A stretch of DNA of 22,640 nt, taken from contig JAFGUD010000402.1 of NCBI GenBank assembly GCA_016938685.1, positions 1 through 22,640 of the forward strand, read 5' to 3'. The stretch's first letter is position 1, and every line of letters begins with the position of its first letter. The position numbers were made by a program, and so were the translations under genes. This document shows, piece after piece, positions 8,915 through 18,300 of this stretch. Under the pieces are notes generated by a model that had not been told where the DNA came from, did no database searches, and worked only from the letters and a program-made list of their open reading frames with translations. This DNA is from Bacteroidales bacterium (lineage in GTDB: Bacteria; Bacteroidota; Bacteroidia; Bacteroidales; JAFGUD01).

Positions 8915-9207
8915 TTCACTCAATATTCAACATTTTTTTTTGCAAAAATAAAAGAATTTTTAAAAATTAAATTTATAAAAAAAAAGAACATTTTAAGCTA
9001 TTGTTACTCCCCTACTCTTTTTATTCCGCTCAATTATCTGATAATCAGTCAATAACAAATCCATGTTTTAAAAATATAAATGTTCTATATAAATAAAATT
9101 ATTTAAAATTTCATAATCCATCAAAAAAAAAGAATAAAATAAAAAAAATCATTTTTTTAAAATGAAAAAAAATAATAATTTTACCCGATTATTAGAATAT
9201 CAAACAA

Positions 9208-11952
9208 GTGAAAAACACACTAAAAGTAATATTTTTCATACTATCTTTCTCGTTTTCGACAGTATTGAAAGCGCAAGAATTAGATCCCGACACTAAAAAC
9301 GACAATTTTAGGGCAATGTGGGTATTTAATATTGCAAATAATGTAATATGGGAATCCGAAGATACTATAACAACCTACACAATTGGAGTTTACTCAAGAT
9401 CGTCTAATATTTTTGAAGAATTAGAAGTTCAATCAAAAGCACAACAAATTAAAAACAAACCGGTTAAGGTTATTTATTTCAATAAAACAAAAAGCATTAC
9501 ACCAACAAACATTCTATATTTAGGATATGATAAAAATATAGATATATTCAAGGTTAATAAAATAATTGAAAATAAAGCGACCTTATTAATTACAGACAGA
9601 TTAGACGTAAATGAAAATTTCATGGTAAATATTTTACCATTTGATAAAGGAAGCAAACGCATCGAAATAGACAAAATGAATATTGAAGCCCATGATCTTT
9701 CAGTTACGGATCAGCTTTTGTATCACGGAGGTTCAGAAGAAGAACTTAAAAACTTATATTCTCAGCAAAAGAAACAACTTGATATTCAGAAAGAAGAAGT
9801 AGATAAAAAGAAAAAGGAAATTCTTGAATTACAAAAAGATGTTGATGTTCAGAAACAACAATTAGCAGATCAGAAATCAGAATTACAAAAACAAAAAGAA
9901 AAGTTGTTTGAAATGACAACCCAACTTAAGCAGCAAGAATTAGTTTTACAAAACAATGACCAATTACTTGCCCGTCAAGAGAATTTAATAAAATCAAAAC
10001 AAAAAGATGTTCAGAATAAAATTAATGAACTAGCATCAAAAGAAGAAACACTTAAGACAAAAACTGACGAAATAGAATCAAAACAAGAAGAATTAAAAGA
10101 ATTAGAAAATCAAATAGAAGATGCAAAAACAGATTTAACATCAGCAAATCAAAAAATAGAATCACAAAAAGAGATGCTTATTGTAGGAGCAATATTTGTG
10201 ATGGTTATCTTTATTTTCTCACTTTTCTTATGGCAAGCTTTAAGAAAAAACAGTAAAATGAACAAAGAATTGACTAAGAAAAATAAAGAAATAAACAAAC
10301 AAAAAGACAGAATTGAACAACAAGCAAAATTATTAGAAAACACAAACAAAGAATTAGAAAAACTTTCTATTGTTGCAGAAAATGCCCAAAACGGTGTTGT
10401 AATAATGGACAATATTGGAGATATTCTTTGGATAAACGCCGGTTATACCAAAATGTACGGCTATACATTACAACTGCTCATTAATGAGCGTGATGAAAAC
10501 ATCACAAAAGCAAGCGACAATCCTGAAATAGTACAATTTGTTAATAAATGTATTTCAGAAAAAACAAATGTAACCTACGAAATAGAATCTACAAAAAGAA
10601 ACGGAGAAAAAATATGGGTAAAAACAACGTTAACTCCAATAATAAACGAATTTGAAGAAATTGACAAAATAGTTGCAATAGATACAGATATTACAGAAAT
10701 AAAAAAAGCCGAACAAAAAATATCAAAACAAGCAAAAGACCTAGAAGCATCAAACAAAGAACTTGAAAAACTTTCGATTGTTGTTAGTGAAACTGATAAT
10801 GCTGTTTTAATTACAGATGAAAAAGGAAACCTAGAGTGGGTTAACCAAGCCTTTATAGATACTTTCGGATTTACACTAGAAGAATTTAAAGTAAACGTAA
10901 GTACTAATATTATTTCTCATACAACTCAGCAAAACGTAAAAGACAAAATTGAGCTGATGTATAGAACAAAAAAACCTGTCACTTATGAATTGTTAACTCA
11001 CAGTAAATCCGGAAAAGAAATTTGGTTACAAGCAAATGTAACTCCAATTTTAGATGAAAATAATGAAATTCAAAAAATAGTGGTTGTAGATGCAGATATT
11101 TCGGCAGTAAAAGAAGCAGAAAATGAAATTAGAGAAAAAAATTACGAATTAATTGCTCAAAAAGAAAGAATAGAACTTCAAAATCTAAAAATAAATTCAA
11201 GTATTGAATACGCACAAACGATACAAAAAGCAATATTACCTTTGAAAGAAATAACCGAAAAGTACTTTTCATCTGAAATAATTTTCAAGCCCAAAGATGT
11301 TGTATCCGGAGATTTTTATTGGTTTTTTGCAAACGAAGAAAACAACAGTTGGATAGCAGCAACCGTTGATTGCACAGGACATGGAGTTCCCGGAGCATTT
11401 ATGTCTCTTATATCCAGCCGAATATTAAACGATATTGTTAGCAATAATAAAAATATCGAACCGCATGAATTATTAGAACAAACAGACACTTTAATTAAAA
11501 AAGCTTTAAGACAAGATTATACAAATAATAATGATGGCCTGGATATTGCATTGTGTAAAGTTGTTAAAAAGAATAATAATTTTCAAGTTTTATTTGCCGG
11601 AGCCAAAAGAAATTTATATTTTTACTCCAATAAAGAGAAAAACATTCTTTCATTACCAGGTACTAGAAGATCTATTGGCGGAGTAAAAAAAACACAGAAC
11701 AAAGAATTTTTTAAAACCAGCGAAACAGAACTTAACAAAGAAGATGTTTTATATTTAATGACAGATGGCTTTATAGATCAAAACAACGAAAAAAGAAAAC
11801 GATTCGGAAGCACAAAATTTGTAAATATTATTGAAAAAGTAAAACATCAAGAAATTTTTATTCAAAGAATAAAACTTGAAGAAGAATTAAAAACTCACAT
11901 GACAAATACAGATCAACGAGATGACATAACTGTATGGATTATAAAGCTTTAA
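9208..11952 (+). CDS. Membrane-anchored sensor Ser/Thr phosphatase: signal peptide, YfiR-like (DUF4154) periplasmic domain, coiled coil, TM, 2x PAS, SpoIIE/PP2C phosphatase
   Basis: 914 aa with GTG start. Signal peptide MKNTLKVIFFILSFSFSTVLKA-QE. Residues ~23-175 align by eye to YfiR motifs: WVFNIANNVIWE vs IFSYVRWP, ILYLGYD vs NVIYLGVVD, ATLLITD vs PVLSISE, NFMVNIL...RIEIDKMNIEAH vs SMFCLNV...RITFEANLDSI. Residues ~176-322 are a Q/K/E-rich heptad coiled coil. The TM helix LIVGAIFVMVIFIFSLFLWQAL (nt 10174-10242) is followed by positively charged residues, so the C-terminus is cytoplasmic. PAS domains are at about nt 10363-10707 and 10771-11127. The C-terminal PP2C domain has GDFYWF, DCTGHGVPGAFMSLISS, LYLMTDGFIDQ and DDITVWIIKL motifs. 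Confidence 0.85.
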   Translation: MKNTLKVIFFILSFSFSTVLKAQELDPDTKNDNFRAMWVFNIANNVIWESEDTITTYTIGVYSRSSNIFEELEVQSKAQQIKNKPVKVIYFNKTKSITPTNILYLGYDKNIDIFKVNKIIENKATLLITDRLDVNENFMVNILPFDKGSKRIEIDKMNIEAHDLSVTDQLLYHGGSEEELKNLYSQQKKQLDIQKEEVDKKKKEILELQKDVDVQKQQLADQKSELQKQKEKLFEMTTQLKQQELVLQNNDQLLARQENLIKSKQKDVQNKINELASKEETLKTKTDEIESKQEELKELENQIEDAKTDLTSANQKIESQKEMLIVGAIFVMVIFIFSLFLWQALRKNSKMNKELTKKNKEINKQKDRIEQQAKLLENTNKELEKLSIVAENAQNGVVIMDNIGDILWINAGYTKMYGYTLQLLINERDENITKASDNPEIVQFVNKCISEKTNVTYEIESTKRNGEKIWVKTTLTPIINEFEEIDKIVAIDTDITEIKKAEQKISKQAKDLEASNKELEKLSIVVSETDNAVLITDEKGNLEWVNQAFIDTFGFTLEEFKVNVSTNIISHTTQQNVKDKIELMYRTKKPVTYELLTHSKSGKEIWLQANVTPILDENNEIQKIVVVDADISAVKEAENEIREKNYELIAQKERIELQNLKINSSIEYAQTIQKAILPLKEITEKYFSSEIIFKPKDVVSGDFYWFFANEENNSWIAATVDCTGHGVPGAFMSLISSRILNDIVSNNKNIEPHELLEQTDTLIKKALRQDYTNNNDGLDIALCKVVKKNNNFQVLFAGAKRNLYFYSNKEKNILSLPGTRRSIGGVKKTQNKEFFKTSETELNKEDVLYLMTDGFIDQNNEKRKRFGSTKFVNIIEKVKHQEIFIQRIKLEEELKTHMTNTDQRDDITVWIIKL

Positions 11953-11958
11953 AATAAT

Positions 11959-14319
11959 ATGAGTAAAAAGATTTATTTATTTTTCTTATTTTTCAGTTTG
12001 ATTTTTGTAACGGCACAAGCGCAGATTAAGCCGGGACAACTGAAAGCAAATTGGATTTATATCATTGCAGAAAATGTTTCCTTCCCAAACGACAATGAAA
12101 TAGACACTATAAAGATAGCAGTTTATGGTAAAAATTCGGATGTTTATGACTATGCTCTACAATTATCCAAAGAAAAGAAAGTAAACAATAAACCTTCGGT
12201 TGTTGATAACGCAACTAGAATTAGTCAGCTTGAAGGATACAACATTGTTTATGTAGATGAATCAAAAAACGATTTTGTAGAATCTATTTACAACAAAATA
12301 AAAGGAACAGGAACTCTTCTAATTACATATGAAGTAACTGACCAGAATTTTTTTATGATTAATCTTCTTTTAAAAGGAATAGGAGAACAATTCCAAATAC
12401 AATCCTCTAATTTATACGATGAAAAAATTATTGCAAGCGAAAAACTTTTATCTCTGGGAGGAACAAAAGTAGATTTACAGGGATTGTTCGACAAAAAGGT
12501 TGTTGAATTAGATATTAAAGAAAAAGAGCTAAAAAACAAAGAAAACTTACTACGTGATAAAGAAGATGAATTAAATATTTTAGTAATTCAGATTGATGAA
12601 CAAAAACTAGAAAACGAAGAACAAACGAAATTATTAGAACAAAAAGAAAAAGAACTTGTTGTTGAACAACAAAATGCACAAAAGTTACTCGAAGAAGTTG
12701 CAAGACAAGAAACTTTGCTTAAAAAAAATCAGGCTACATTAGCTCAACAAAATGTAGAAATTGACGAAAAGAAAAAACTGATAGTAGAACAAAATTCAGA
12801 ACTTGATGCTAAAAAAGAAGAAATAGAAAACAAACAAGAAGAGCTAAATGAACAACAAAAAAGAATAGATGAACAAAAAGCAACTTTAAATATTCAAAGC
12901 GAACAAATTGACGTACAAAAACAAGTAATAACAATAATCAGCGCTGCAGTTGTTATTTTCTTACTTCTCTTAATCTTAATTTTACGTTCACACAGAATTA
13001 ACAAACGAATTAACAGAGAACTAAAAGCCAAAAACATTGAAATAGAAAGCCAAAAAGACGAAATAACCAAACAAGCAGAACAATTAGAAGAGTTTAATCA
13101 GGAATTAGCTAAATTATCATTGGTTGCCAGCCAAACTGATAATTCAGTAATTATTATGGATAAAGCAAGCAAATTTGAATGGGTAAATACAGGTTTTACC
13201 AGAATGTACGGTTACACTTTGCAATTATTACTTAACGAGAGAGGAGATAGCCTAATTTCAATCAGCGACAACTCAAATGACAGAAATAGAATCATTAAAA
13301 AATGTATAGATAGTAAAAAAACTCAGGTTTACGAAGCAAAAAACAATACCAGAACTGGAGAAGATATTTGGGTTCAAACTTCTTTGACGCCTGTTTTAGA
13401 TGAAAACGAAGAAGTTATTAAACTTATCGCCATTGAAAGCGATATTACAATGTTGAAAGAACAAGAACAGGAAATTAAACAAAAAAATGAAGAACTATCG
13501 ATGCAAAAAGCTGAGTTACAAGCACAAAAAGACATGCTTGAAGAAGTAAATTTGCATATAAAAGATAGTATAAACTACGCTCTTACAATTCAAAAATCAA
13601 TACTTCCGGTTGCAGAGGATATTAATAAACATTTTGATAATTTCTTAATATATCTGCCTAGAGATATTGTTTCCGGCGATTTTTATTGGTTCTCGAACCC
13701 CGAAGAAAACACATTTTTTTTTGCTGCTGTTGACTGTACTGGTCACGGAGTTCCAGGTGCGTTTATGTCACTTATTTCAAGTAGAATGCTTGATGAAATA
13801 GTCACTGTTCAAAAAATATACGAACCAAAAAGAATTCTTTCGGAACTTAATAAAATGATTATCTATTCTTTAAGTCAGGAAACTACTAACAATAGAGATG
13901 GAATGGATTTAAGCTTGGCAAGAATAGTAAAAACTGATTCCAACGATGTAGAAATATGTTTTGCCGGCGCAAAAAGACCTCTGATTTATTATTCAAAAGA
14001 ACAAAAACTTCTTGATTCTAAGAAAGGAAATAGACGATCTATTGGCGGATTGCAATCAATGTTAACAAAATTTGAATTTGAACAAGAACAAGTTAATTTA
14101 AAAAAAGGTGATATTATATATCTTTCAAGCGATGGAATGATTGACCAAAACGATGCTATGAGAAAAAGATTTGGAACACCTAAATTTATGGAAATTATTG
14201 AGAAAATAGTCGATAATTCTCTTGAAAAACAAAAATTTACAATTCTAAAAGAATTTGAAAACTTTAAAAAAGACGAAATTCAAAGAGATGACATTATTGT
14301 TTGGGGAATTAAATTATAA
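11959..14319 (+). CDS. Paralogous membrane-anchored sensor Ser/Thr phosphatase: signal peptide, YfiR-like (DUF4154) domain, coiled coil, TM, 1x PAS, SpoIIE/PP2C phosphatase
   Basis: 786 aa with ATG start, 6 nt after the upstream paralog's stop and so probably co-transcribed. Signal peptide MSKKIYLFFLFFSLIFVTAQA-Q. YfiR-like motifs present (WIYIIAENVSFP, IKIAVYG, NIVYVDE, GTLLITY, NFFMINLL). Coiled coil at residues ~166-322 and TM helix at nt 12925-12993, the same residue position (323) as in the paralog. One PAS domain at about nt 13114-13473. PP2C motifs GDFYWF, DCTGHGVPGAFMSLISS, IYLSSDGMIDQ and DDIIVWGIKL. Confidence 0.85.
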   Translation: MSKKIYLFFLFFSLIFVTAQAQIKPGQLKANWIYIIAENVSFPNDNEIDTIKIAVYGKNSDVYDYALQLSKEKKVNNKPSVVDNATRISQLEGYNIVYVDESKNDFVESIYNKIKGTGTLLITYEVTDQNFFMINLLLKGIGEQFQIQSSNLYDEKIIASEKLLSLGGTKVDLQGLFDKKVVELDIKEKELKNKENLLRDKEDELNILVIQIDEQKLENEEQTKLLEQKEKELVVEQQNAQKLLEEVARQETLLKKNQATLAQQNVEIDEKKKLIVEQNSELDAKKEEIENKQEELNEQQKRIDEQKATLNIQSEQIDVQKQVITIISAAVVIFLLLLILILRSHRINKRINRELKAKNIEIESQKDEITKQAEQLEEFNQELAKLSLVASQTDNSVIIMDKASKFEWVNTGFTRMYGYTLQLLLNERGDSLISISDNSNDRNRIIKKCIDSKKTQVYEAKNNTRTGEDIWVQTSLTPVLDENEEVIKLIAIESDITMLKEQEQEIKQKNEELSMQKAELQAQKDMLEEVNLHIKDSINYALTIQKSILPVAEDINKHFDNFLIYLPRDIVSGDFYWFSNPEENTFFFAAVDCTGHGVPGAFMSLISSRMLDEIVTVQKIYEPKRILSELNKMIIYSLSQETTNNRDGMDLSLARIVKTDSNDVEICFAGAKRPLIYYSKEQKLLDSKKGNRRSIGGLQSMLTKFEFEQEQVNLKKGDIIYLSSDGMIDQNDAMRKRFGTPKFMEIIEKIVDNSLEKQKFTILKEFENFKKDEIQRDDIIVWGIKL

Positions 14320-14348
14320 ACTATTTTTCTAAGAAATTAATATACCAA

Positions 14349-14385
14349 AAAACTTTTAAAGAGATATACTTTAAAAGTTTTTTAA
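14349..14385 (+). terminator. Rho-independent terminator after the phosphatase pair
   Basis: Perfect 13-bp stem AAAACTTTTAAAG (14349-14361) and CTTTAAAAGTTTT (14369-14381) with a 7-nt loop AGATATA, followed by TT then AATTT. The AT-rich stem is weak thermodynamically but typical for this genome. Confidence 0.55.
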
Positions 14386-14410
14386 TTTATTAAAACAAAA
14401 TAAGACAAAA

Positions 14411-15205
14411 ATGAAAAAATATTATCTTGAAGTAATAAATTGCGCAATTGAAGCCGGAAAAGAAATAATGAAAATATATTTAAGTGAAGATTTTGGTGTT
14501 AGCTACAAAGAAGATAATTCACCGCTAACTTTAGCCGATAAAAAATCGAACGAAGTAATAATGCAAACGCTTAACAAGATAGATATTCCAATTATTAGCG
14601 AAGAAAACAAGGAAATTATATTTGAAGACAGAAAAAACTGGTCTGAATTTTGGCTTGTTGACCCATTAGACGGCACAAAAGAATTTATAAACCGAAGAGG
14701 CGACTTTACTGTTAATATTGCTCTAATCAAAGATAATAAACCTGTTTTTGGCGTTATTTATGTTCCTGCAAAAGAAAAACTCTACTTTGGAAGTATTGAA
14801 ATTGGAAGCTACAAAAAAACCGAAGTAAATTCGACTTTTGATGATTTAGAAAAGCTAAAAACTGCCTGTGAAAGATTGCCTATTGAAAAAAACGATGATG
14901 TATACCGCGTAATTGCCAGCAAATCTCATTTTAACAAAGAAACAGAAGATTTTATTGAAAATTTAAAAAGCACTAAACCTAACATGGAGCTAATTAATGT
15001 TGGAAGTTCTTTGAAATTATGCTCAATTGCAGATGGAACAGCAGATATTTATCCTAGATTTGGCCCAACAATGGAATGGGATATTGCAGCAGGACATGCT
15101 ATTGTCAAATCGGCAGGAGGAAAAGTTATTCAGGCAGAAAACAAAAAAGAAGTTGTTTACAATAAAGAAAATCTTCTAAATCCTTATTTTATTGTTTCTA
15201 TGTAA
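14411..15205 (+). CDS. cysQ: 3'(2'),5'-bisphosphate nucleotidase (inositol-monophosphatase family), CysQ
   Basis: 264 aa. Has the IMPase-family metal-binding motifs (PIISEE, WLVDPLDGTKEF, and a WDIAAGHAIV-type C-terminal motif). Its length and motifs fit CysQ (PAP phosphatase). Confidence 0.85.
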   Translation: MKKYYLEVINCAIEAGKEIMKIYLSEDFGVSYKEDNSPLTLADKKSNEVIMQTLNKIDIPIISEENKEIIFEDRKNWSEFWLVDPLDGTKEFINRRGDFTVNIALIKDNKPVFGVIYVPAKEKLYFGSIEIGSYKKTEVNSTFDDLEKLKTACERLPIEKNDDVYRVIASKSHFNKETEDFIENLKSTKPNMELINVGSSLKLCSIADGTADIYPRFGPTMEWDIAAGHAIVKSAGGKVIQAENKKEVVYNKENLLNPYFIVSM

Positions 15206-15314
15206 ATCGAAAATTAATTAGTTAATTTGAAAATTTTATTTTTTGTATTCAAAAATAAACTTTAAGATCCCTACGGGACATGCTTTAAGAGCTTTACAAA
15301 CTCAATATTATTTT

Positions 15315-18300
15315 TTAGTTTTTTCGTTCTCTCTTCAATGTATCAGAAATGACATTTTTAGACGTGTCCTTTTTAAAAATATTATCAAAATCTGTTTTGT
15401 ATAAAATACCTAATCCTTGTGTATAAGGTCCTTTGTCGTAAAATTCATTTCTATTAGTTTTATTAAAAGCTTTAAAAATAACATTTCCCTTTTTATTTAA
15501 CTTTACATCAACTTCAAAATCACCAATGAAATTATTTTGAGTTCCTCCTGCTGTGTTCCCTCCCACTCCAACATCAGAAACAATACTTACTCTTTCATTA
15601 AGCAATGGAATAGACATTGCAACATCAAACTGATCGGTTGTTTGTTGGTTTCCGGTAACGTAATTTACGTCTAAATCGACATCTGTATTTATATTAGACA
15701 AAAGAGAATTTAACTGATTTGAAATAAGATCTCCTGCATTAAAAGCACCTGCAGCAATATTTGCATCGGGATTAAAAGTAAGTCCCGGTAAAGGTTGAAA
15801 TCGCCCGAATATTAGCAACGAAAGAAATTGTTTATTCATATTTGCATCATCAAGATTATCAACTTGTGCTGCTATTCTCTGATCTGCTTTTGGTAATTTT
15901 ACAGAAAAACGAATACTTGGATTTAAAATAGGACCTTTTAAATTGATATAACAATCGGCTTGAGTTTTTTGATTTTCATATTCTTGACTCATCATCAAAT
16001 TATACAAACTCACATTTTTTATCGAATTAACAGTAGAAATATCTAAAATACCATCCATAGGATCTCCGTTAAAAACAATAGAACTGCCTTTAACAATATC
16101 AAATTTCCATTTTTTGATATTCTCCAAAACAAAATTGTAGACTCCTTTTGTGATGCTAATTTTACCAAAAACAACTAACTCCCCGAGAGCTGTTTTTTTG
16201 ATTTTAACATTTCCTTCTCCTTGAATCTCAAGTGCTTCATCTGTTAATTCATTAAAAACAATCTTAAATTTTGCCTCAGGATTTAAAGTGAGATTCAGAT
16301 CAATATCAATGTTTGAAGTGTTATCTTCTTTAACCTCTTCTGTGAATACGGTATCTTGTGGTGTGACAAATGTCACAATAGAAGTTTTGTTAGAAATCTC
16401 GCCCGGCCTATCTAATAGAAGTGTAAAATCAGTATTTTTTTCTGTAATAATATCAGCCTTTACACTTAAATCTTCTGGATATCCGCTAATATCAATGTTT
16501 CCTGATGCTATTATTTTACCATAATATTCACTTTTATTTGTTCTTGGCAAATCTACGAATGCAATTGTATCTGCCCTAAAAAAAAGTTGAACATAAGGAT
16601 CATGAAAATCTTTGTGCTTTACATTTCCGTACAAAAGTGCGTCACCAACTAAACTAGGACCGGCAATTACAGTTGAATCAATAACTATCTTATCCTTTAA
16701 TAGCCTAACTGTCAATCCTCCGTTGATAGTGTAATTGACACCAGTTGCCGGCAACATAAAAGCACCGTAAACATTTATTTCGCCTCCAACATTGTAAAAA
16801 AGTTTATCTCCTTTTATTCTCAGTTTCCCATTCAAATTAGAATTTCTTGAAAATCGTATATAATCGTCAAGATAAGGAGCAAATGGCTTAAATTTTAAAT
16901 TATCGATTGTCAACTCAAAGTCAAAAGATTCTGTTTCTAAATAATAATCTCCTACAATATAAAGAGATCTGTAAATACTAACAATTAATGTGTCTTTTCC
17001 ATTACGGTTTTCTAATTTACTGTCTACTTTCTGTACAGATAGTTCGTTATGCAAAAGTTTATCTTTGTCAACCCATTTCACTGTTTGTTCAACTTCACCA
17101 AGAGCTACATCGTTTATAGCAAATCTATCAATATGATTAGTTAATACAATTTTTGGCGTATCCAACAAACTAGTTGCAGCAAAATCGCTTTTCATGTATC
17201 CTTCAACTTTCACATCTTTTAGAATTGGATTTAATTGAGACAAATCAAATTTTTGCAAAGATATAACTAACGTATCATCATCTTTATCAGACGCCTTACC
17301 CATAATACCTATATACTGTTTTATGCTACTTCCTTCTTTCAAAAAACTAGATGCTGTTAATCCATTGATTTGAATACCGGTTGAATCAACAAAAATACTG
17401 TCAGAATAAACTGTCCATTGTTTATTATTCACATAAAAAGTATCCTGTGGCACAATAAATTTCATAATTAAGCCTTCTGAATTATCTTTAGACATAAACA
17501 AATTTGTCCGAATAACACCTTCATTTTTCTTATCTGATTTATTTTTCCATGAAACTTTTAATCCGGCAGAATCATTTAATCCGGTGAGTTCAACATTAAA
17601 CTTTTCAAACTTAAACCCCGATAAACCAATAGAATCGCAAGAAAAATCTGCAACGATTTCTTTTTGATTTCCATCAACATTAATCTCTATTTGTTTTAAT
17701 TTATTTCCCGATAAAACAACCGAATCTGATACAAAACTTATGTTGAATTCCTCTTCAAAAGAATGAAGATAACCAACTATATTTGAATTTCTTGCAATAT
17801 AAACGTCGGGAGCAAAAATAGAAGTAATAGGTTCAATATTTTTTAAGGTTAAATTGAATTGTAAATTGTTTCCAACGCTTTTTTCTGATTTGAAAATATC
17901 AATTATTGAATCATTACCTAATGCAGGAAAATAATAAGAATCAACATTTTCTGCAAAAATACCTAAATCTTCAAAATCAAATGTTCCTTCAATATAACCA
18001 GACAACAATTCAGAATTAATTTCAATTTTTCTTAATGTATTATCCCCTACTTTCTTTTTATTTGATGCTTTTAACGTAAATACATTTAATTCTAACTTCT
18101 GCAGATTTTTTATCATTAACAATGGCTGCGTCAAATAAAAATCTCCTTCTAAATCATCGATGTTATTCCCCGTAAATTCACCTTCAAAAGCAACTGATAA
18201 TGCAGCTAATTCATCATCTTCAATAAAATGCAAAGGAAAAAGTCTCACAGTATCTACATTTAAGGCAAATTTTGTCTTTGTGTCTATTCCGGCTAATTTT

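Noticed and set aside
9162-9296. ATG at 9162 opening a ~44-codon ORF in a different frame that overlaps the GTG start (9208) of the first phosphatase
   Set aside because: It is out of frame with the phosphatase, so it cannot extend it. Its product has no features. The GTG start directly yields a canonical signal peptide, so 9208 is retained. Noted only because a non-ATG start deserves experimental verification.
9474-12703. Five short antisense ORFs (9474-9674, 10149-10412, 10575-10757, 12288-12539, 12515-12703) inside the two phosphatase genes
   Set aside because: All are on the opposite strand within strongly supported genes. They encode Phe/Leu/Ile/Ser-rich peptides typical of the reverse complement of Lys/Glu/Gln-rich coiled-coil coding DNA.
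15260-15290. Short palindrome TCCCTACGGGA flanked by direct repeats CTTTAAGA between convergent cysQ and tamB
   Set aside because: The stem is only 4 bp and it has no U-tract, so it is not convincing as a bidirectional terminator. It could be chance in AT-rich DNA.
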